The notes beneath the pieces are model-generated. The model ran no database searches. It saw nothing but the letters and a program-made list of their open reading frames with translations, and was not told the DNA's origin. From NCBI GenBank assembly GCA_037446635.1, contig JBBIIG010000047.1, positions 1 through 31,706 of the forward strand: DNA of 31,706 bases. The letters run 5' to 3'. Source of the stretch: a bacterium (lineage in GTDB: Bacteria > Zhuqueibacterota > Zhuqueibacteria > Oceanimicrobiales > Oceanimicrobiaceae). Below, piece after piece: positions 25,656-31,706 of the stretch (the stretch's first letter is position 1; each line of letters starts with the position of its first letter). The translations under genes and the position numbers were made by a program.

Positions 25656-27098
25656 ATGAACAAGATCAAAAACTACCTTAACGGCGAGTTGGTCGAACCC
25701 ATTTCGGGAAAGTTTATCGACAACTTCAATCCCGCCACCGGCGAAGTCTATTCCCTCACACCGGACTCCGATGAGCGCGACGTGGATGCTGCCGTAAACG
25801 CCGCTGAGCAAGCCTTCCCAAGTTGGTCGAATATGCCAGTAGTGGAACGAGCGCGAATCCTGAATCGCATCGCTGACTTGATCGAGCGCGATTTGGAAAA
25901 CTTGGCGCTTGCCGAGTGCATCGACACTGGCAAGCCGCTGACGCTCGCCCGCAGCGTGGACATCCCGCGCGCCATCAGCAACTTCCGATTTTTTGCGTCG
26001 GCTATCCAGCACTTTGCTAGCGAGGCGCACATCATGGAGGAATCCGCCATTAATTACACGCTGCGTCAGCCGCTGGGCGTGGTGGGCTGCATCTCGCCGT
26101 GGAATCTTCCGCTTTATTTGTTCAGTTGGAAAGTCGCGCCGGCGATTGCGGCTGGAAATTGTGCCGTCGGCAAGCCCTCAGAAATTACCCCGATGACGGC
26201 GTATCTCCTTTCTGAAATTTGCATCGCAGCCGGGCTGCCGCCGGGCGTGTTGAACATCATACACGGATTCGGTCCCAAAGTTGGCGCGGCGATTTCGAAA
26301 CATCCCAAAATCTCAGGCATCACTTTTACCGGCAGCACGCGCACCGGCGCCGAAATTTCCAAAGCGGCCGCTCCCTTCTTCAAAAAGCTCTCACTCGAAA
26401 TGGGAGGAAAAAATCCGAATATCATTTTTGCCGACTGTAAATACAACGAGATGCTCGACACCACATTGCGCGCGTCCTTCTCTAATCAGGGACAAATTTG
26501 TTTGTGCGGCGCGCGCATTTTTATTGAACGATCACTCTACAACCAATTCCGCGACGACTTCGTTCAACGTACAAAAGCCTTAAAAGTAGACGACCCGCTT
26601 TTGGCGGACAGCAATCTCGGCGCCGTGGTTTCAGCTCAGCACCTCGAAAAAATTCTCACTTATATTGAGCTGGCAAAACAGGAGGGCGGGAAAATTCTCT
26701 GCGGCGGCAAGCAAATCAAATTGTCGGGACGCTGCGCCGGCGGCTGGTTTGTCGAGCCGACGGTCATCGAGGGGTTGCCGCACACCTGCCGCACCAATCA
26801 AGAAGAAATCTTTGGCCCGGTGGCGACGCTGCTGCCATTTGATTCCGAAGAAGAAGTTGTAACACAGGCCAACAGCACGCCCTACGGACTTGCGGCGATC
26901 ATCTGGACCGAGAATTTGACCCGCGCGCATCGGCTCGCGCACCGGCTGCAAGCCGGCATCATTTGGATCAACTGCTGGATGGTGCGCGATCTGCGCACGC
27001 CGTTCGGCGGCATGAAGCACTCCGGCCTCGGTCGCGAAGGCGGCTGGGAAGCGCTGCGATTTTTTACCGAACCCAAAAACGTGTGTGTGAAATTATGA
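25656..27098 (+). CDS. Aldehyde dehydrogenase, probable 2-aminomuconate 6-semialdehyde dehydrogenase (ALDH8/HMSD family)
   Basis: VDIPRA, ISPWNLPLYL, FTGST, LEMGGKNP, NQGQICLCG, EEIFGPV, CWMVRDLRTPFGG; operon context. Confidence 0.9.
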   Translation: MNKIKNYLNGELVEPISGKFIDNFNPATGEVYSLTPDSDERDVDAAVNAAEQAFPSWSNMPVVERARILNRIADLIERDLENLALAECIDTGKPLTLARSVDIPRAISNFRFFASAIQHFASEAHIMEESAINYTLRQPLGVVGCISPWNLPLYLFSWKVAPAIAAGNCAVGKPSEITPMTAYLLSEICIAAGLPPGVLNIIHGFGPKVGAAISKHPKISGITFTGSTRTGAEISKAAAPFFKKLSLEMGGKNPNIIFADCKYNEMLDTTLRASFSNQGQICLCGARIFIERSLYNQFRDDFVQRTKALKVDDPLLADSNLGAVVSAQHLEKILTYIELAKQEGGKILCGGKQIKLSGRCAGGWFVEPTVIEGLPHTCRTNQEEIFGPVATLLPFDSEEEVVTQANSTPYGLAAIIWTENLTRAHRLAHRLQAGIIWINCWMVRDLRTPFGGMKHSGLGREGGWEALRFFTEPKNVCVKL

Positions 27099-27346
27099 AG
27101 CCACAATCGTTGGATACCTCAATAGAGGCTGAAAAGGTACAGATCGAGCTACTCCGAAATGCCAGTGTTGCTAAACGATTTGCCCTCGCGCGGATGCTCA
27201 CAAACTCAACACGCAAGATGGCAAAAAACGCTATCAAAAAATGCAACCCCGGAAAAAATCAACGGGAGTTAAATTTAATTTTTGTCGAAGTCACTTACGG
27301 CAAAGAGTTGGCGGACCAACTGAGGGAGTTCTATTCCAAGCGATGA
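27095..27346 (+). CDS. Small helical protein, putative antitoxin (MenA1/Rv0078B-like)
   Basis: 83 aa MKPQSLDTSIEAEKVQIELLR...KRFALA...AIKKCNP; ATGA overlaps at both ends; directly precedes a nucleotidyltransferase. Confidence 0.65.
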   Translation: MKPQSLDTSIEAEKVQIELLRNASVAKRFALARMLTNSTRKMAKNAIKKCNPGKNQRELNLIFVEVTYGKELADQLREFYSKR

Positions 27347-27936
27347 TTGACAAAGACATTTTAGAACTGATCAAACCCATTATCGATTGTTTCGTCGATC
27401 TGAACATTTCCTATTATGTTGGTGGTTCTATCGCCAGCTCTGCCTATGGCTTTCCTCGTACCACGGTCGATGCGGATTTCGGAACCGAAATCACTCATAA
27501 ACACGTTCCCGAGCTAGTCAAACGCTTGGAGAAGGATTACTTCATTCAAGAAAGCGCGATTCGAGATGCGATAAAAAATCAAAACTCGTTCAATATCATT
27601 CATCTCGAAACCATGTTCAAAATCGATGTATTTGTCTCTAAAAGACGACGGTTCGACCATGAGGCCAATTCACGAAAGAGGAAAGAGTTTTTGGATGAAA
27701 GCAAGCAGTTTGCTTTTTATCTGAGTTCCCCTGAAGACACGATTCTGTACAAATTGGAGTGGTATAAGATCGGTGGCTGCGTTTCAGAAAGACAATGGAA
27801 TGACTTAGTCGGTGTACTTAAAGTACAAAAGCACAAACTTGAGAAGGACTACTTGCTCAACTGGGCTAAAGAGCTCGAAATTTCAGATTTGCTCGAAAAA
27901 GCGTTTATCGAATCCGGGTTTGAAGAGAGATCATGA
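27343..27936 (+). CDS. Nucleotidyltransferase, putative toxin (MenT/AbiEii-like)
   Basis: 197 aa; YYVGGSIASSAYGFPRTTVDAD, KIDVF, SPEDTILYKL, RQWND. Confidence 0.75.
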   Translation: MIDKDILELIKPIIDCFVDLNISYYVGGSIASSAYGFPRTTVDADFGTEITHKHVPELVKRLEKDYFIQESAIRDAIKNQNSFNIIHLETMFKIDVFVSKRRRFDHEANSRKRKEFLDESKQFAFYLSSPEDTILYKLEWYKIGGCVSERQWNDLVGVLKVQKHKLEKDYLLNWAKELEISDLLEKAFIESGFEERS

Positions 27937-28346
27937 GCACCAAAATTGAATCAACCCATGCCCCCGAGCCCGTCGGCGCGTATCCCCACGCCCGGCGGGT
28001 CGGCAATTTGCTTTTTCTTTCCGGTATTGGGCCGCGAGCGCGCGGTTCGCAGAAAATTCCCGGCGTTGAGCTGGATGAGCAGGGCAACATTGTTTCGTAC
28101 GATATCGAAGCTCAATGCCACTCCGTTTTTCGCAACGTCAAATACGTTTTGGAGGAAGCGGGATCGAGCTGGGAGAAATTGGTGGACGTGACCGTCTTCC
28201 TCACCAACATGAAAGATGACTTCAAAATCTTCAACCGAATTTACGCGGAATATTTCAAAGACCATCAGCCGTGCCGCACCACCGTGGAGGTCAACGCGCT
28301 GCCCACGCCAATTGCGATTGAGCTAAAATGTATTGCAATGATATAG
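27933..28346 (+). CDS. RidA/YjgF-family protein, probable 2-aminomuconate deaminase
   Basis: APEPVGAYPHA, LFLSG, DVTVFLTNM, PCRTTVEV, LPTPIAIELK; operon context. Confidence 0.88.
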   Translation: MSTKIESTHAPEPVGAYPHARRVGNLLFLSGIGPRARGSQKIPGVELDEQGNIVSYDIEAQCHSVFRNVKYVLEEAGSSWEKLVDVTVFLTNMKDDFKIFNRIYAEYFKDHQPCRTTVEVNALPTPIAIELKCIAMI

Positions 28347-28349
28347 TTC

Positions 28350-28375
28350 GTAACGCAACATCAATGTTGCGTTAC
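28350..28375. promoter_or_regulatory. 26-bp palindrome, copy 2 (candidate operator or REP)
   Basis: GTAACGCAACAT-CA-ATGTTGCGTTAC, perfect 12-bp arms, upstream of the GGAGG RBS of 3-HAO. Confidence 0.55.
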
Positions 28376-28398
28376 ACTAACGAACATGGAGGACAAAC

Positions 28399-29019
28399 AT
28401 GCAAAATCCCCAAAGCCAAAAACCGCTTGAGCCCTTCAGCCTCATGGGCTGGATTGAGAAAAACAAACATCGCTTAATGCCGCCGGTCGCCAACGAAACC
28501 ATTTTCAAGGGCAACGACAATTTCATCGTCATGGTTTCGGGGGGACCGAATGCGCGCAAGGATTACCATTACAACGAAAGCGAAGAGCTGTTTCTGCAGC
28601 TCAAAGGCGACATTAAAATTAAACTCTATCAAGACGGCAAACACTGGACGGTTGATGTGCGCGAAGGCGAGATGTTTTTGATTCCGCCCAAGGTGCCGCA
28701 CTCGCCGCAGCGTTTCGCCAACACCTACGGACTCATCATCGAGAAGCACCGCGTGAAAGGCGAGAAAGACGGCTTCCTTTATTTTTGCGAAAAGTGCGGC
28801 AACTTGCTTTACGAAGAATATTTTTTCCTCGAAGACATCGTCAAGCAATTCCCGATGGTGATGCGAAACTTTTATAACTCGCTGGAACGCCGCACCTGCA
28901 AAAAATGCAGCCATGTAATGGAGCTGCCGCCCAACTGGGAAGAGAGCGTGAAGAAGCGCAGCGAGGATAACGAGTACGCCGCGGATCCATTTGCGGAGGT
29001 GCACGGCAGGTCGTGGTGA
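28399..29019 (+). CDS. nbaC: 3-hydroxyanthranilate 3,4-dioxygenase
   Basis: LMPPVAN, GGPNARKDYH.NESEE, VPHSPQR, rubredoxin-type CEKC and CKKC. Confidence 0.95.
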   Translation: MQNPQSQKPLEPFSLMGWIEKNKHRLMPPVANETIFKGNDNFIVMVSGGPNARKDYHYNESEELFLQLKGDIKIKLYQDGKHWTVDVREGEMFLIPPKVPHSPQRFANTYGLIIEKHRVKGEKDGFLYFCEKCGNLLYEEYFFLEDIVKQFPMVMRNFYNSLERRTCKKCSHVMELPPNWEESVKKRSEDNEYAADPFAEVHGRSW

Positions 29020-29036
29020 TATGACCATGGCAATCT

Positions 29037-30071
29037 ATGAAAATCGACATCCACACCCACATCCTGCCGCCTTCATGGCCGAATTTGAAAGAGAAATACG
29101 GCTACGGCGGCTTCGTGCAGCTCGAGCATCACGGCCCTGGCTGCGCCCGCATGATGCTCGATGGCAAATTATTTCGCGAAATCCAAAGCAACTCTTGGGA
29201 TCCGCAAGTCCGACTGAAAGAATGCGATAGCCACCGCGTCGATCTGCAAGTTTTATCGACGGTGCCGGTGATGTTCAGCTACTGGGCGAAACCAGCGGAT
29301 GCCCTCGATCTTTCCAAAATGCTCAACGATCACATCGCTGAAGTGGTCGCGAAATTCCCCAAACGCTTTGTTGGGCTGGGGACGCTGCCGATGCAAGCGC
29401 CGGAGCTCGCCGTCAAAGAATTGGAGCGCTGCGTGAAAGAATTGGGATTGGCCGGCGTCGAAATCGGCTCACACGTCAACGACTGGAATCTCGACGAGCC
29501 GGCACTGTTTCCGGTGTTTCAAGCGGCTGAGGAATCGGGCGCGGCGGTGTTCGTGCACCCGTGGGACATGATGGGCAAAGACCGCATGCCCAAGTATTGG
29601 CTGCCGTGGCTGGTGGGCATGCCGGCGGAAACCTCGCTGGCGATTTGTTCGATGATCTTCGGCGGGGTGTTCGAGCGGCTGCCAAAATTGCGGGTAGCAT
29701 TTGCTCACGGCGGCGGATCGTTTCCGGCAACGATTGGGCGCATCGAACATGGATTCAATGTTCGCCCGGATTTGTGCGCCGTGGATAATTCCGTCAACCC
29801 GCGCCAATATCTCGGCAAATTTTATTTGGACTCGCTGGTGCATGATCCGAAAATGCTGACTTATTTGATCGAATTAGTTGGGGCGGAGAAAATTGCGCTC
29901 GGTTCGGATTACCCATTTCCGCTCGGAGAAGCGGTGCCGGGGCAATTAATTGAATCGATGCACGAACTCTCTTCGACTGTGAGAGAGCGCCTGTTGAGCG
30001 GCACAGCGCTGGAATGGCTGGCAATTCCGAAAGAGAAGTTTCCGTCCGCAAAGCGGATCGGTACCCCATGA
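29037..30071 (+). CDS. nbaD: 2-amino-3-carboxymuconate-6-semialdehyde decarboxylase (ACMSD)
   Basis: [57 protein letters not shown]. Confidence 0.93.
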   Translation: MKIDIHTHILPPSWPNLKEKYGYGGFVQLEHHGPGCARMMLDGKLFREIQSNSWDPQVRLKECDSHRVDLQVLSTVPVMFSYWAKPADALDLSKMLNDHIAEVVAKFPKRFVGLGTLPMQAPELAVKELERCVKELGLAGVEIGSHVNDWNLDEPALFPVFQAAEESGAAVFVHPWDMMGKDRMPKYWLPWLVGMPAETSLAICSMIFGGVFERLPKLRVAFAHGGGSFPATIGRIEHGFNVRPDLCAVDNSVNPRQYLGKFYLDSLVHDPKMLTYLIELVGAEKIALGSDYPFPLGEAVPGQLIESMHELSSTVRERLLSGTALEWLAIPKEKFPSAKRIGTP

Positions 30072-30883
30072 AACTCGCGATTCAAATTTCCAATCAACTT
30101 TATCAAGTGGACACAGAGCAGCCGATCGATCTTTCTATTCCTCTTTATTTCAACGGCGAACAACCCAATGCCTACAGCGCGCCGCCAGCCGCGGCAAAAA
30201 CATTCGAAACCGGCTCGTTCATCGCCGACACCCGCCGCGGCGGGAGCTGCAACGTGGAAGAATATCGCCTGATTCCCCATTGCAACGGCACGCACACCGA
30301 ATGCGTCGGTCACATTGCGTTGGAACGAATTTCAATTCACTCGGTTCTGAAAAATACCTTTATCCCTTCGACGCTCATCACGGTTTCTCCAATTGACGCA
30401 ACGGACACCAACGAAGCTTGCCGCCCCAATGCCAAGGCCGGCGACTTACTTTTAACCAAAGCAGCCTTAGAACGAATTTTAAGAAACGCAAACAGCGGCT
30501 TTCTCGAAGGTCTGATCATCCGAACCTTGCCAAACGAATCATCGAAAAAACATCGTAAGTACGGTGAACCGCCTCCACCCTATTTCACTATCGCAGCAAT
30601 GCAATTCATCAACGGATTAGACGTGCAGCATTTGCTGGTGGATGTGCCCTCAGTAGATCGCACCGCCGATGAAGGCAGGATGACGGGGCATCATGTTTTT
30701 TGGAATGTGCCGGTGGGGAGTCACAGGGTGGCTCCGGATAATCATTCTTTAAAAACGATTACGGAAATGATTTTCGTCCCAAATGAAGTTGAGGATGGCA
30801 GTTATCTTTTAAATTTGCAAATTCCGGGTTTTGTGGCCGATGCGGCACCCAGTCGACCGCTCATCTTTCCTTTTAAAGAATAA
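30068..30883 (+). CDS. Cyclase-family metal hydrolase, probable kynurenine formamidase (KynB-like)
   Basis: [43 protein letters not shown] overlap with ACMSD. Confidence 0.8.
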   Translation: MKLAIQISNQLYQVDTEQPIDLSIPLYFNGEQPNAYSAPPAAAKTFETGSFIADTRRGGSCNVEEYRLIPHCNGTHTECVGHIALERISIHSVLKNTFIPSTLITVSPIDATDTNEACRPNAKAGDLLLTKAALERILRNANSGFLEGLIIRTLPNESSKKHRKYGEPPPPYFTIAAMQFINGLDVQHLLVDVPSVDRTADEGRMTGHHVFWNVPVGSHRVAPDNHSLKTITEMIFVPNEVEDGSYLLNLQIPGFVADAAPSRPLIFPFKE

Positions 30884-30980
30884 GCTATTTTTTGAGTAAA
30901 ACAATAATTTCGCTTTTAAGATCACTTAAAATTTATTATATTTAGACAATTTTTCTGGGCGTTTTTCAGGAGTGGAAACG

Positions 30981-31160
30981 ATGGAAAAGATTGAAGTCAA
31001 AGAGCTCATCATAACATGTGAAGCTTGCGGGAATGTAAAAAAGTTTTCGGTTAACGACGAAAAGGATTGTGAACGTATCTTTCGTGAGTTCGCCTGCCAA
31101 AACAACTGCGGACGCAACCTATATAGTTTTATTACCGTTGGCACATTACGGCGGTATTAA
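30981..31160 (+). CDS. Small Cys-rich hypothetical protein (59 aa, possible zinc ribbon)
   Basis: AGGAG RBS; CEACG and CQNNCG motifs; followed by a terminator. Confidence 0.65.
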   Translation: MEKIEVKELIITCEACGNVKKFSVNDEKDCERIFREFACQNNCGRNLYSFITVGTLRRY

Positions 31161-31181
31161 AGCAATCCCCCTCAAAAAAAT

Positions 31182-31204
31182 AAAGCCCGTTTCAACCGGG
31201 CTTT
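31182..31204. terminator. Bidirectional terminator between small CDS and tRNA
   Basis: AAAGCCCG-TTTCAAC-CGGGCTTT with flanking A and T tracts. Confidence 0.85.
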
Positions 31205-31208
31205 TCCG

Positions 31209-31282
31209 TGGAGCCGATGGGGATCGAACCCACGACCTCATGAATGCCATTCATGCGCTCTCCCAAACTGAGCTACGGCCCC
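31209..31282 (-). tRNA. tRNA-Ala(GGC), CCA not encoded
   Basis: GGGGCCG TA GCTC AGTTTGGGA GAGC G CATGA ATGGCAT TCATG AGGTC GTGGG TTCGATC CCCAT CGGCTCC A; G3.U70 pair present. Confidence 0.97.
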
Positions 31283-31299
31283 TCAAAAATTGCGCACAA

Positions 31300-31328
31300 A
31301 TAATACGCAATTATCACACGAAAGTCAA
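31300..31328 (-). promoter_or_regulatory. Sigma70 promoter of tRNA-Ala
   Basis: TTGACT-17 nt-TATTAT. Confidence 0.75.
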
Positions 31329-31332
31329 GTTT

Positions 31333-31470
31333 TTAGTTGGGCTTTCGGCAAAGCGTCAGCTCTTTTAGTATTTTAGCCGCAATCAGTTCAATCACCAGCG
31401 GATTAGAATAGAAACCCTCCCTGATTTGTTCGCGAATTTCATCCAATCGACTTTTTGGTTTCAAACTCAT
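31333..31470 (-). CDS. 45-aa FlgM C-terminal-domain-like protein (below ORF-track cutoff)
   Basis: MSLKPKSRLDEIREQIREGFYSNPLVIELIAAKILKELTLCRKPN; GAGGT upstream; matches the FlgM pattern R...I+..I..G.Y......IA.K.L. Confidence 0.55.
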   Translation of the reverse strand: MSLKPKSRLDEIREQIREGFYSNPLVIELIAAKILKELTLCRKPN

Positions 31471-31617
31471 TATTTCCACTTTACCTCAGTTTCTATTGGT
31501 GATTTCATCTTGAAAATTGATCGAATTAGCCGGGTTTCCGTGAGGCACCAACGCTTATCTTATCGACCAATATAAAATAATATTTATCGCGTAGCACGAC
31601 CCAAATTGGCATTGGCC

Positions 31618-31706
31618 TGTCAGCGGGCACATTAAAAGCGGCCAGGGATGGGCAGATCAAAAGCGGCCAGTTTTCAGGTAGTGAGTTGTTGGAATAGTTA
31701 AGCATT
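31618..31706. mobile_element. Terminal inverted repeat of an IS21-family element (partial, window edge)
   Basis: TGTCAGC start, then 21-nt direct repeats GGGCACATTAAAAGCGGCCAG (31625-31645) and GGGCAGATCAAAAGCGGCCAG (31650-31670), period 25. No istA/istB visible. Confidence 0.7.

Noticed and set aside
31209..31282. tRNA-anchored genomic island
   Set aside because: No integrase and no duplicated tRNA 3' end seen in the window.
31625..31670. CRISPR array
   Set aside because: Only two 21-nt repeats with a 4-nt gap; fits an IS21 end. No cas genes.

Overview
31.7 kb of bacterial chromosome, probably from an FCB-group lineage such as KSB1 or Calditrichota. This is inferred from the MIGKTISHYKILEKLG-type Hanks kinases with TolB-like/TPR tails, a T9SS/FlgD-type C-terminal sorting domain and a Bacteroidota-style kynurenine cluster. 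Left part: peptide and amino-acid scavenging genes (M14-type peptidase tail, APC permease fused to EIIA-like and RCK_C domains, fused M16 protease, DUF885). Next is a tandem array of four Ser/Thr-kinase 5' ends, only one of them an intact gene, laced with short repeats. Middle: secreted esterase, Cys-motif lipoprotein, FG-GAP protein, Ada/Ogt, a candidate structured ncRNA, acetoacetate-CoA ligase, a KamA-family radical SAM enzyme and an orphan nucleotidyltransferase. Right part: a tryptophan/kynurenine catabolic operon (TDO, atypical SDR, ALDH, RidA, 3-HAO, ACMSD, cyclase). It is interrupted by a translationally coupled MenA/MenT-like toxin-antitoxin pair and carries two copies of a 26-bp palindrome. 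The window ends with two small proteins (one FlgM-like and missing from the ORF track), tRNA-Ala(GGC) and an IS21-like terminal repeat. All calls come from motif recognition by eye; no searches were run.
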